This document shows, in pieces, positions 19,770 through 29,136 of a stretch of 64,000 nucleotides of DNA (position 1 is its first letter; every line of letters starts with the position of its first letter). The translations under genes and the position numbers were made by a program. The stretch lies in the NCBI GenBank assembly GCA_030698565.1, contig JAUYJS010000005.1:90497-154496 (forward strand), in the 5' to 3' direction. The DNA comes from Candidatus Shapirobacteria bacterium. Lineage in GTDB: Bacteria; Patescibacteriota; Microgenomatia; UBA12405. Under the pieces are notes generated by a model. The model was given only the letters and a program-made list of their open reading frames with translations, did not search any database and had not been told where the DNA came from.

Positions 19770-20075
19770 TTACAGCAAAACATCTCTGGTTTCGCAATAA
19801 ATTTGGGGATCTAATTCAAATCCGTTCTGAGATTGAACCCATTCAATCGCCATATTGCGGTAATTTGTTGCTGAATTCAATTTAGCTTCAACATCTGAAA
19901 ATTTATAAAATCGATGTCCATGTGGACCGGTCCTAACTGATGAAAACTTGCCTAATCTATCCCATCTTCTGAGAGTGTCTATAGAAATACCTAATAACTC
20001 AGAAACCTCTCCTATTTTTATTAATTTGGAACTCATAATTTTATTAATCTGTATAAATTTTATCAATCTATTCAA
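19770..20075 (-). CDS. MerR/excisionase-family helix-turn-helix DNA-binding protein
   Basis: KLIKIGEVSELLGISIDTLRRWDRLGKF is the HTH_17/MerR-type excisionase-family motif. Confidence 0.65.
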   Translation of the reverse strand: MNRLIKFIQINKIMSSKLIKIGEVSELLGISIDTLRRWDRLGKFSSVRTGPHGHRFYKFSDVEAKLNSATNYRNMAIEWVQSQNGFELDPQIYCETRDVLL

Positions 20076-20160
20076 ATCTGTGCAAGTTTACTATTAATCT
20101 ATATAAATCTATGCAAAATATATTAAAACTATGCAAATCTATGCAAAATTTAGACTTTTT
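20041..20160. repeat. Iteron-like cluster of short direct repeats (AATCTRTGCAAA x4 and TATTAATCTRTATAAAT x2)
   Basis: Read directly from the sequence: tattaatctgtataaat at 20042 and tattaatctatataaat at 20092; atctgtgcaag, atctatgcaaaa, actatgcaaa and atctatgcaaaa between 20076 and 20150. It lies immediately upstream of the excisionase-like HTH gene. Confidence 0.6.
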
Positions 20161-20249
20161 TTAAAAGTTGGAAATGTAAAGTTCGGGTATAAATGGGTTA
20201 AACTTCATAAATATTACTCATCTTATCTTTAATAAAGATATAATAAATT

Positions 20250-20468
20250 ATGAAAATATTAGTAATAGTTCATCCAAATTCAAAAAATCCAAGAGTTGAG
20301 AAAGATTTAGTAGAGATGTTGCATATTTATGTAAGTGCACCACCGTTGGAAGGAAAAGCTAACAAGGCTACAATCGAATCACTGGCTAAATTCTTGAAAG
20401 TTAAAAAATCGAAGATAATTTTAATACGAGGAGAAAAATCAAAGAATAAGGTATTTGAAATTGGTTGA
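20250..20468 (+). CDS. DUF167 (YggU/UPF0235) family protein
   Basis: 72 aa: MKILVIVHPNSKNPRVEKD...VSAPPLEGKANKATIESLAKFLKV matches the YggU-like family. Confidence 0.6.
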   Translation: MKILVIVHPNSKNPRVEKDLVEMLHIYVSAPPLEGKANKATIESLAKFLKVKKSKIILIRGEKSKNKVFEIG

Positions 20469-20506
20469 TTTTATAAAATTACTTGCTTTGTTGAAAGGAT
20501 TTAGAA

Positions 20507-20992
20507 CTAATTAATGTCATTTAAACTTTTAACAATATCTAAATCGTTTTTACCTCGTTTTTCTTTTCTGTAACCATCTTTAGAACTGAAAGTGTAGGCA
20601 TTAATAAAAGCTTGTTTATTCAGTGTTTTAATTAATATTCCTTCTTTGTGATGTATTTGAATATCCTTTTTTGGATCACAAATATTGTCCTTAATAAGAA
20701 TACTTTTTTTAGTAAAAGCAATTTTTAAATCCTGTTTATTTATAAATTCATGTTCTTTGCTGTCAATTAATTCAAAACCATTATTTTTCATAATTTTAAT
20801 CAGATCTAACCATTTATCGCTTAAATAAACATCCTCAACAAGAAGATCTATATCATCAAAATTTTTAAAATTACCAAGATAAATTGAAACTCCTAATGAA
20901 CCATACAAAATTGAATCTATTTTATTTTCTAATAAAAAATTATTTACTTTCTGATAGTTTTTTAAATCAACAGCCATGAGTGGATTATACAA
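20507..20992 (-). CDS. Minimal nucleotidyltransferase-fold protein
   Basis: GSLGVSIYLGNFKNFDDIDLLVED fits the GS-x(9-13)-DxD Pol-beta-type NTase signature. Confidence 0.5.
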   Translation of the reverse strand: MYNPLMAVDLKNYQKVNNFLLENKIDSILYGSLGVSIYLGNFKNFDDIDLLVEDVYLSDKWLDLIKIMKNNGFELIDSKEHEFINKQDLKIAFTKKSILIKDNICDPKKDIQIHHKEGILIKTLNKQAFINAYTFSSKDGYRKEKRGKNDLDIVKSLNDIN

Positions 20993-21058
20993 GAGTTTGA
21001 TTTCATTCTGAGGATAATCGTTTTGTTTACTTTGAATAAATTATTATTACGCTCTATT

Positions 21059-23719
21059 TTATCCAAGTTTGGGATAACAACACTTTTTATATTTTTTACC
21101 GGAACCGCAGGGACATGGATCATTGCGGCCGATGATTGATTTGTTTACTGGTGTCGTACTTTTCTTAGATATGCTTGTTTGATTTTCAGATTGATTAGCA
21201 TCATTTATGTCTCCCCTGCCCTCAACTATTGTTTCCGGAATTACATCGGTAGGCATTGAGATTGGTTCCAATCTAAATATTTTTCTGGCTAAATTATATT
21301 CAAATTGACGCATCAATTTTTGGAACATTTCATAACCTTCTTTTCTATATTCGATTAATGGATCTTTTTGAGCGTAACCTCGCAATCTGACACCGCTTCT
21401 TAAATCATCTAAAGCTGTTAAATGTTCCACCCAGAGTGGATCAAGAGTAGTAATAACTGCATAAGTTAAAATACTATTGGCAATATCTTTGCCAAAATAA
21501 GAAAGCCGTTGTTCCCATTGGTCTTTTATTGTTTTAGTCAAAAACTCATTAGGGTTTGGTTCATTTTGAAGTTGTTTTTTAATTTTTTGACGTTGATCGT
21601 CGTCCATGGGAAATATTTCAGAAAATTCCAAGGCTACTTTTTCAAAATTGATTGTGCCATCGGTATCTTCGAGACCGCTTTTCATTATGAAGTTAATTTC
21701 GGAAGAAAGATATTTACTAACTTCTTTCCAATTATTGTCGACCGAAAACTGACCATTATATAAAGACAAATCCCTTAGGGAATAAATTATTTTTCTTTGT
21801 TTATTGATAACATCGTCGTATTCGACCAAATTTTTACGGGCATCAAAATTAAAACCTTCGACTTTGACTTGAATTTGTTCGATGATTTTGGAAACTAGCG
21901 GATGAGTTAATGGAGCATCATCGGGCATATTGAACCGAGTCATCAGACCACTAATCTTTTCGCCACCAAAAATTCTCATTAAATCATCGTCAAGAGCGAC
22001 ATAGAATTGGGAAACACCCGGATCGCCTTGGCGGCCAGCACGACCTCTTAGTTGATTATCAATTCTTCGAGATTCATGTCTTTCGGTACCAATTACATAT
22101 AAACCACCTAAAGAAATTATTTTATCGTGATCTTTTTGCCACTCCTTTAGATCTACTCCATCTTTTGGTCCGCCTAAAATAATGTCAACGCCTCTACCGG
22201 CCATATTTGTGGCCACTGTTATGGCGCCAAATTTACCTGCTTTGGAAATTATTTTGGCTTCTGCTTGGTGATTTTTAGCGTTTAAAACTTGATAAGGCAG
22301 ACCTTTTTTTGCTAACAAAGAAGATATTGTTTCGTTTTTTTGAATAGAAGTAGTACCAATCAGTACTGGTTGGCCTAATTTGTGTAATTGTTCAATTTGA
22401 CTAACTATTGCCGTGTATTTGGCTCTTTGACTTTTGAAAATTAAGTCTTGAAAATCATTTCTCTGAATTAATCGTTGAGTAGGAATAGTAATTACATCAA
22501 GATTGTATATTTTTTTAAATTCTTCGGCTTCGGTCGCGGCAGTACCGGTCATGCCCGCTAATTTTTTATAAAGACGGAAATAATTTTGAAAAGTAATTGT
22601 GGCCCAAGTTTGAGATTCTCTTTGAACGGTAACATTTTCTTTGGCTTCAACTGCTTGATGAAGACCATCGGACCAGCGACGACCGTTCATAAGACGACCA
22701 GTGAATTCATCGACAATAATTATTTCATTGTCTTTGACAACATAATCTCTGTCTTTATGAAATAAAGCCGTAGCTTTGATAGCATTTTCAACATAATGGA
22801 TTGTCTCAAAAGATTCTTCGTATAGGTTTTTAACTCCTAAAATTCTTTCGATTTTCCTGATGCCATATTCAGAAAGAGTAGCTGATTTAGTTTTTTCATC
22901 AATTATATAATCAGTGGGCTGAAGTTGAGCCGCAATTTGGGCAAATTTATAATATTTATCGACTGGCTGATTGTTGGGTGAGGAAATAATTAATGGTGTT
23001 CTGGCTTCATCAATTAATACAAAATCGACCTCATCGACAACAGCAAAATTGTGGGGTCGCTGAACCATTTGATTAAAATCGGGCACCATGTGGTCGCGTA
23101 AATAATCAAAACCAAATTCATTGTTCGTACCATAAGTAATGTCAGTTTGATAAGCCTCTTTGCGAGAAACCGGCCTTAGGTGGGCCAAACGATCATCGAT
23201 TGTTTCGTTTGGATCAGTGAAATTGGGATCATAGATAAAAGATCCTTCGTGGATGATACAAGAAGTGCTAATTCCTAATTTCTGGAGTGCCTTTGGATAC
23301 CAACCAGCACCGACTCGGGTTAAATAATCATTTGGGGTAACAATGTGAACTCCCTGCCCAGAAAGCGAATTAAGATAAGCCGCAAAAACAACAGAATGAG
23401 TTTTACCTTCTCCGGTTCTTTGCTCGGAAATTGCTCCTTGGTGAAGTGAAATGGCCGACATCAATTGAACATCGTAAGCTCGTTCACCAATAGTTCTTTT
23501 AATGGTTTCACGGACAACAGCATAAGCTTCTGGAAGAATATCATCTAGGGTTTTGCCGTTATTTAATTGTTTTTTAAATTGGGTAGTTTTTTCGGAAAGT
23601 TTTTCATCACTTAAAGAAGAAAAATTTTTCTCTAAGCTATTTATTTTGTCGATAATCGCCTTATATGAGCTAATTCTTTTTCGATTTTCATCAAATAAAT
23701 TTTTTACGAAATTTAGCAT
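21059..23719 (-). CDS. secA: Preprotein translocase ATPase SecA
   Basis: DEAD-like motor motifs, 886 aa, and the C-terminal SEC-C zinc finger [14 protein letters not shown]. Confidence 0.95.
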   Translation of the reverse strand: MLNFVKNLFDENRKRISSYKAIIDKINSLEKNFSSLSDEKLSEKTTQFKKQLNNGKTLDDILPEAYAVVRETIKRTIGERAYDVQLMSAISLHQGAISEQRTGEGKTHSVVFAAYLNSLSGQGVHIVTPNDYLTRVGAGWYPKALQKLGISTSCIIHEGSFIYDPNFTDPNETIDDRLAHLRPVSRKEAYQTDITYGTNNEFGFDYLRDHMVPDFNQMVQRPHNFAVVDEVDFVLIDEARTPLIISSPNNQPVDKYYKFAQIAAQLQPTDYIIDEKTKSATLSEYGIRKIERILGVKNLYEESFETIHYVENAIKATALFHKDRDYVVKDNEIIIVDEFTGRLMNGRRWSDGLHQAVEAKENVTVQRESQTWATITFQNYFRLYKKLAGMTGTAATEAEEFKKIYNLDVITIPTQRLIQRNDFQDLIFKSQRAKYTAIVSQIEQLHKLGQPVLIGTTSIQKNETISSLLAKKGLPYQVLNAKNHQAEAKIISKAGKFGAITVATNMAGRGVDIILGGPKDGVDLKEWQKDHDKIISLGGLYVIGTERHESRRIDNQLRGRAGRQGDPGVSQFYVALDDDLMRIFGGEKISGLMTRFNMPDDAPLTHPLVSKIIEQIQVKVEGFNFDARKNLVEYDDVINKQRKIIYSLRDLSLYNGQFSVDNNWKEVSKYLSSEINFIMKSGLEDTDGTINFEKVALEFSEIFPMDDDQRQKIKKQLQNEPNPNEFLTKTIKDQWEQRLSYFGKDIANSILTYAVITTLDPLWVEHLTALDDLRSGVRLRGYAQKDPLIEYRKEGYEMFQKLMRQFEYNLARKIFRLEPISMPTDVIPETIVEGRGDINDANQSENQTSISKKSTTPVNKSIIGRNDPCPCGSGKKYKKCCYPKLG

Positions 23720-23749
23720 ATTGATAATTATACCCTATTAAAATAGCCA

Positions 23750-23786
23750 GTCCCGACGGGCTCATTTGATTGAACCGAGTCGGGAC
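23750..23786 (-). terminator. GC-rich hairpin (GTCCCGAC ... GTCGGGAC) followed by a U-tract on the minus strand, between serS stop and secA start; candidate serS terminator
   Basis: An 8-11 bp inverted repeat with a roughly 21-nt loop, in an otherwise AT-rich spacer. On the minus-strand RNA it is followed by UGGCUAUUUUAAU. Confidence 0.4.
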
Positions 23787-23805
23787 GGGTGGCTCCTCTA
23801 ACAAA

Positions 23806-25068
23806 TTAAGTGGTTTCGATAATATCGAAACTGGTAAATGGTTGTAAGACTTTGGGAATACAAATACTGCCGTCTTTTTGTTGGTGATTTTCAATAATGG
23901 CGATTACTGCCCTGTCGGTAATTACTGTGGCATTGAGGATATGAACATATTCATTTTTACCTTCGATTTTGGTTTTTATGTTTAGTCTTCTAGCTTGATA
24001 ATCACCGCAGTTACTGCACGATTGAGTTTCTCTAAATGTATCTTGTCCGGGAAACCAAGAATTGATGTCGTACATGCGTCGGTTGGGTTGGGGTAAGTCT
24101 CCGGTGCATGCTTTGACGACTTGATAGGGAATTTCCAAAGATTGCATTATTTCTTCTTCAATAGAAAGTAATTCCAAACACATGGCGTCAGAAATTTTAT
24201 AATCAGGAGTAGAAAAAACATTCATTTCAACTTTATTGAAAGAATGAACTCTAAAAACTCCTCGAGTATCTTTACCATAAGTGCCGGCTTCTCGCCTAAA
24301 ACAAGTAGAATAATTTACATATTTAATTGGTAAATTTTTGGAGTCTAAAATTTCGTCCATATGGTATGGCACAACAGAATGCTCGGAACTACTGATAAAA
24401 ATTAAATCATCTTCGGGGAAAGAATAATAAGCATTGTCTAGATTTTTGTTGCTAGTATAGCCCATTTTTTCTTCTGATTCTATTTTGACCATGGCGGGTG
24501 GAATCATGCCAACAAAACCTTTTTGGATAAGTTTTTGGAAGGCAAAATTCATGACAGCCATTTCTAAAACTGCGCCTTTGCCCTTGAAATAACCAAATCG
24601 AGAACCGGAAACTTTGGCGGCTCTTTTGACATCAATAATGTCGAGTTTTTCCCCTAAATCAATATGGTCGAGTGGTTTGAAATCAAATTTTGTTGGTTGA
24701 CTAAACTCGTGAAATAAAACATTTTCTGAATCGTCTTTACCAACAGGAACATCGGAGGCAACCATGTTGGGAAGTTCTTTTAGAATATTATTTTGTTTTT
24801 CTTCAAGTTCTTTTAATTCAGTTTCTTGGACTTTTAATTTTCCTTTTAAATCGGTTGCTTCTTTTAATTGATCATCGGTGGGCTTGCCTTTGAAATTTTT
24901 GGCTAATAAATTTTGTTGAGATCTAAGTTCTTCGACTTGAGTCAAAACCGATCTCCTTAATTTATCGATTTCTAAAATTTGATCTACTAATTTAGGACTC
25001 CGTTGACGGTTTATTAAGTTCTGCTTAACTAATTCGGGTTGTTGTCTAATTAAATTTATGTCGATCAT
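23806..25068 (-). CDS. serS: Seryl-tRNA synthetase
   Basis: N-terminal coiled-coil arm (MIDINLIRQQPELVKQNL...) and a class II core (FRREAG..., motif 3 region). 420 aa. Confidence 0.9.
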   Translation of the reverse strand: MIDINLIRQQPELVKQNLINRQRSPKLVDQILEIDKLRRSVLTQVEELRSQQNLLAKNFKGKPTDDQLKEATDLKGKLKVQETELKELEEKQNNILKELPNMVASDVPVGKDDSENVLFHEFSQPTKFDFKPLDHIDLGEKLDIIDVKRAAKVSGSRFGYFKGKGAVLEMAVMNFAFQKLIQKGFVGMIPPAMVKIESEEKMGYTSNKNLDNAYYSFPEDDLIFISSSEHSVVPYHMDEILDSKNLPIKYVNYSTCFRREAGTYGKDTRGVFRVHSFNKVEMNVFSTPDYKISDAMCLELLSIEEEIMQSLEIPYQVVKACTGDLPQPNRRMYDINSWFPGQDTFRETQSCSNCGDYQARRLNIKTKIEGKNEYVHILNATVITDRAVIAIIENHQQKDGSICIPKVLQPFTSFDIIETT

Positions 25069-25152
25069 GAAACTAAGATAGTTTATCAGAATTTATGCAA
25101 AAAATTACCGTAAAATAAACGTAACTCGAAGTGTTTTATCGGTATCTTTTGT

Positions 25153-25713
25153 TTAGATATTTTTGTACATCAAAATACTATCGACAAATTTGTTTCTATG
25201 TTTTATGCCTTTTGGTAAGATGCCGTATTCCTTAAAACCGTTTTTTAAATATAATTTTTGAGCAATCGGATTGTTACTAAATACACTCAAAACTACTATT
25301 TTTAAGTTTATTAATTTTGCTTTGGCTTCTTTAAGTACGGTTTTTAGTAAAATGTTGCCAATACCCTCTCCACGACAACTTTTTGAAACTATAATTCCAA
25401 AACTTCCCACATGACTGGAAACATTGCCATCCATGTCGATACTACTGCTACCAACAATTTTATTGTCAATTAAAGCAAGTAAAAAAATAGACTTGTTGTT
25501 TAATATACCCTCGACTTTTGAATCAACATATTTTTGTTCTTCTTCTAAAGTCAACTGTTCTCCCTGAAAAATAACATATGTTTTTTCTTGAGAAATTAGA
25601 TTAATAAAATTTAGCTGATTTTCAGCATCTTTTTTATTTATATATCTGATGACTAAATCGTTTCCCTTTTTGGTTTTGCCTTGGTATAGAATTTGTTCTG
25701 ATATTTGTTTCAT
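25153..25713 (-). CDS. GNAT family N-acetyltransferase
   Basis: GIIVSKSCRGEGIGNILLKTVLKEAK is the acetyl-CoA binding motif A (R/Q-x-x-G-x-G/A). Confidence 0.8.
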   Translation of the reverse strand: MKQISEQILYQGKTKKGNDLVIRYINKKDAENQLNFINLISQEKTYVIFQGEQLTLEEEQKYVDSKVEGILNNKSIFLLALIDNKIVGSSSIDMDGNVSSHVGSFGIIVSKSCRGEGIGNILLKTVLKEAKAKLINLKIVVLSVFSNNPIAQKLYLKNGFKEYGILPKGIKHRNKFVDSILMYKNI

Positions 25714-25721
25714 ATAATTAT

Positions 25722-25991
25722 TTATAGTCCTAAATAGTGTTGGAGTTTAAGACTTTGCATTAATAAATATTCGGCTTTAACATTGGCTGTATCTGTGTTG
25801 TTTTTAAGATATTCGATATCTACAATTTCTGAAATTTTAGGATCAATTTTTGTTAATTTTGGAAAATTATTTAAAATATTTTGAATAAAAACACAATTTT
25901 TTGGATTATTATCCTGGCTTCTGACCAAAAACATAACTGATCTTTTTAAATCAGCGGAAATATTTAATAATTCTAGTTTTGATTTATCCAT
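25722..25991 (-). CDS. Hypothetical small protein
   Basis: 89 aa. It lies 8 nt upstream of the GNAT gene and overlaps the next gene by 8 nt. Confidence 0.3.
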   Translation of the reverse strand: MDKSKLELLNISADLKRSVMFLVRSQDNNPKNCVFIQNILNNFPKLTKIDPKISEIVDIEYLKNNTDTANVKAEYLLMQSLKLQHYLGL

Positions 25992-26328
25992 AAATAAATT
26001 CTGGAAAATATTTTTTAACTATACTTGTAAACTTTTCTCTAATTACCGGATCAAGTATTTCAGTGCTCGGATTTGAATCTGGTCTAATATTGGCAACGGC
26101 AGAGCATTCTATAATTTTAGAAACTAAATCGATTCCTCCTCCCCAAATATTTTTTTGCAGTGATCCAGAATCAATTAGTATTTTTTCAATATCAGCATGA
26201 AGTCGCGAGCCGCCATACAAAATTTCTTTATCAATATCTGCGACCAATTTTATATATCCATCGAATTCTTCGGTTAGTTTTTTTAGTTCGTTTGGAGTTG
26301 GTGAATGGTTGATTTTTAAAATAGCCAT
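25984..26328 (-). CDS. Hypothetical protein
   Basis: 114 aa, no motif recognised. Confidence 0.35.
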   Translation of the reverse strand: MAILKINHSPTPNELKKLTEEFDGYIKLVADIDKEILYGGSRLHADIEKILIDSGSLQKNIWGGGIDLVSKIIECSAVANIRPDSNPSTEILDPVIREKFTSIVKKYFPEFIYG

Positions 26329-26497
26329 TACGTTGATTATAATCCAATTTCTAGATTTATTTTATGTTTCGTCTTTTAAGACTCATCAGTATAGACAAAA
26401 ATCTATAAACATAAATTACCAAACTCTGAAGGGACCTACTAGTCAATACTCCGCATTGGAGTTAGCTAATAGATCCCTTATCGAGTTTGATTGTTAA

Positions 26498-26980
26498 CTA
26501 CCGGAAAGGTGAGCGGTAAATTTTTCGCCAAGTGAAGTCGATCTGGAGCACTTCAAACCACAAGGTTATCCCTGCGATTTGATAAACACCTTTTTTGGGT
26601 TTGTTGTCGGCAATGATAATTAACAGGATAGGGTCTCGTGCGCTACCCGCCCACAGTACTTTCTTCCTTGATCCAAACTTCTCTTTCGATACAAGACGAA
26701 GTGTCTGTGTAAAATGTGGCAACCGATGCAGAAAGGTGGACTTGAAAATCCAATAATATTCTCCATTTCCTATGGGCATAACCAGAAGCTCATCACCAGG
26801 TCTAGGTTCTTTAAGTATCTCAAAGGATATGTCGTTAATTCTGTTTAAAGCTACATAGTTCTGTATCTTTATTTCCTGCTCATCATTAGGAAAAACAATA
26901 ATGGTACCACCGAGACCAGATATCCAATTAACAACTCTCGCACTTCTCCAATCCAAATCACGCAACAAAAACACCTCCAT
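26498..26980 (-). CDS. Hypothetical protein encoded by a compositionally atypical (GC-richer) segment
   Basis: 160 aa ORF. Local GC is visibly about 40-45%, against about 30% in the flanks. It is W- and R-rich and flanked by non-coding spacers on both sides. Confidence 0.4.
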   Translation of the reverse strand: MEVFLLRDLDWRSARVVNWISGLGGTIIVFPNDEQEIKIQNYVALNRINDISFEILKEPRPGDELLVMPIGNGEYYWIFKSTFLHRLPHFTQTLRLVSKEKFGSRKKVLWAGSARDPILLIIIADNKPKKGVYQIAGITLWFEVLQIDFTWRKIYRSPFR

Positions 26981-27056
26981 AAAAATAAACTTTACCGTGA
27001 AAGTACAATAAAGTTTATCACACTAATTTCAATAATACAATTATATAGGATATATT

Positions 27057-27668
27057 TTATAGCCCAATTTCTAGAGCGATTTGTTGCATTGAGGTCAGAC
27101 AAATTTCGATGAATTTTTCGAGGGGAATGTTTAGGCCGGTTTCTAGTTCGCACATTTTGACTTCACCGCGACGGGTGCCGGCGGCAAATTTGGGTTCTTT
27201 TAAAAATCTTTTTAGAACTGACGAAGTTTTTACTTCGGCTAATTTCTTACTTGGATAAATCAAGGCGACGGCGGTAATGAGTCCAGTTAAACTATCGGCG
27301 CAAAAAATAGACCATTGGGCTAAATTTTCGGCTTTTACTCCAGTTAATTCTGGTGCATGAGCCTTGATAATAGAATCAACAGTGTCGTCAATTTCTAATC
27401 CATATTTTGCCAATACTTCTTTAGTTTTATTGGGATGATCATTTTTTGTATCGCCTGAATAATCGATATCATGGATTAATCCGGATAATAACCAGTCTTC
27501 TTTTGATGTTTCATTGTTGTCTAGTCGATTATTTTCTTTTAAATAATCATATAAACCACCCATACAGGCTTCCACCGACAAGGAGTGATAAAAAATATTT
27601 TTTTCGAGATTTGATTTAACTGCGTTTTGATAAGTTGTGCGATCGTAGGTCATAAAACTATTCTTCAT
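27057..27668 (-). CDS. HD-domain phosphohydrolase
   Basis: LSGLIHDIDYSGD contains the HD motif. It overlaps lysS by 11 nt. Confidence 0.7.
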   Translation of the reverse strand: MKNSFMTYDRTTYQNAVKSNLEKNIFYHSLSVEACMGGLYDYLKENNRLDNNETSKEDWLLSGLIHDIDYSGDTKNDHPNKTKEVLAKYGLEIDDTVDSIIKAHAPELTGVKAENLAQWSIFCADSLTGLITAVALIYPSKKLAEVKTSSVLKRFLKEPKFAAGTRRGEVKMCELETGLNIPLEKFIEICLTSMQQIALEIGL

Positions 27669-29118
27669 TCCTCATGGCAGGAAAAAAAATAACATCTTTG
27701 ATGGTTGCTTGGTCAGTTAGAAGTTGAGTAAATCGATCAATACCCATGCCCCAACCAGCTGTGGGCGGCATACCATACTCCAAAGCTCTAATATAATCCT
27801 TGTCTAGTTGCATGGCTGTTTCGTCGCCTTTTTTGGCTAAAGCTTCTTCTTCTATCCAACGGTCGTATTGGTCTTTTGGATCATTTAGTTCGTTATACGC
27901 CTTCATGAATTCCGCGCCACACACAAGAAGTTGAAACGAAGCAATCTTTTCAGGGTTATTTTCTTTTCTTTTGGCTAAGGCGATCATACAGGCCGGATAA
28001 TCAGTCACAAAGGTTGGTTGAACAATAAATGGACGAACAAATTCCTTGTAAAGTGCATCAAAATAAGCACCTAAACCATAGGTTTTTTTGAGATCTAATT
28101 TTAAATTATTTTGTTTTAGAACCGACTTGAAACCTTCTTCTGTTCTAATAGTATCGATATCAATTCCGATTTTCTCAAAAATAATATCTCTAAAGGTTAC
28201 CCGTTTAAATGGTAGATCAAAATTAAGTTCCGTGCCTTGATAAGAAAGCTTAAGGCCACCTTTGATTAATTTAATAATATGAGTAACTAGTTTTTCGGTA
28301 AATTTCATTAAAACATCGTAATCTACATAAGCCCAATAAAATTCAATTTGAGTAAATTCAGGATTGTGAAATTTGGAAACACCTTCGTTTCGAAAATCTT
28401 TGCTGACTTCGTATACTTTCTCTAATCCACCGACAATCAATCTTTTAAGATAAAGCTCATTGGAAATCCTAAGATACATATCCATGTCTAAAGTATTGTG
28501 ATAAGTTTTAAAAGGCTTAGCTGAAGCACCGCCATACAAAGGCTGTAATATTGGTGTCTCAACTTCCAAAAAACCATGATCGTCTAAAAATCGACGCATT
28601 TCGCGCAGTATCTTGGTTCTAGTTTCAAAAACTTGACGAACTTCTGGATTAACAATCAAATCAACATACCTTTGACGATATCTTTCTTCAATATCGGTCA
28701 GTCCATGAAATTTTTCAGGAAGTGCTCTAATATTTTTAGCTAGAATCTGAAAGGATTCAACATTTATGGTTATTTCGCCGGCTTGAGTTTTAAATACTTT
28801 TCCTTGAATAGAGATAATGTCGCCCAGATCTAATAATTTGGTAAATTCCATATTTTTTCCAAGAATACTTCCCTGAAAAAAAAGTTGTATTTTTCCTGTT
28901 CTGTCGTGTAAATCAGCAAATAAAATTTTGCCATGACCGCGGAGAGACATAATTCTGCCAGCAACTAAAACCGATTTGTCAATCATCTCCAAAACTTGGG
29001 CACAGGTTTGTTTGTCTTCTAGATTTGGTTGAGGATAGGGATTCAAACCAAGATTTTTAATCTTATCGAGTTTTTCTAACCTCTGTTTAGTGAGATCGTT
29101 TATTTTTGTATCCAACAT
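27658..29118 (-). CDS. lysS: Lysyl-tRNA synthetase (class II)
   Basis: An OB-fold N-terminus and class II motifs: FRNEG, EFTQIEFYWAY and the C-terminal GMGIDR. Confidence 0.9.
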   Translation of the reverse strand: MLDTKINDLTKQRLEKLDKIKNLGLNPYPQPNLEDKQTCAQVLEMIDKSVLVAGRIMSLRGHGKILFADLHDRTGKIQLFFQGSILGKNMEFTKLLDLGDIISIQGKVFKTQAGEITINVESFQILAKNIRALPEKFHGLTDIEERYRQRYVDLIVNPEVRQVFETRTKILREMRRFLDDHGFLEVETPILQPLYGGASAKPFKTYHNTLDMDMYLRISNELYLKRLIVGGLEKVYEVSKDFRNEGVSKFHNPEFTQIEFYWAYVDYDVLMKFTEKLVTHIIKLIKGGLKLSYQGTELNFDLPFKRVTFRDIIFEKIGIDIDTIRTEEGFKSVLKQNNLKLDLKKTYGLGAYFDALYKEFVRPFIVQPTFVTDYPACMIALAKRKENNPEKIASFQLLVCGAEFMKAYNELNDPKDQYDRWIEEEALAKKGDETAMQLDKDYIRALEYGMPPTAGWGMGIDRFTQLLTDQATIKDVIFFPAMRNEE

Positions 29119-29136
29119 AGAAGGATTTTACAATCT

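Larger units (their letters stand above)
19381..21092 (-). mobile_element. Candidate degraded integrative islet inserted at the secA 3' end, bounded by two copies of the secA SEC-C tail coding sequence
   Basis: The direct repeat is at 19381-19412 and 21059-21090 (25/32 nt, 15-nt perfect core). In between lie an excisionase-family HTH, iteron-like repeats, DUF167, a minimal NTase and a DUF4325-like gene. No integrase is present. Confidence 0.4.

Noticed and set aside
20106-20150. ATGCAAAT octamer-like motif repeated
   Set aside because: It resembles the eukaryotic octamer element only by coincidence. It is interpreted here as part of the iteron-like repeat unit.
20041-20160. Possible CRISPR array
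   Set aside because: The repeats are short (11-17 nt), irregularly spaced, partly overlapping, and lack the unique spacers of a repeat-spacer array. No cas genes are nearby.
25069-25152. T-box riboswitch leaders upstream of serS, lysS and tyrS
   Set aside because: The upstream spacers are about 85 nt or less (serS), 18 nt (lysS) and 26 nt (tyrS). That is far too short for a T-box with Stem I, specifier loop and antiterminator.
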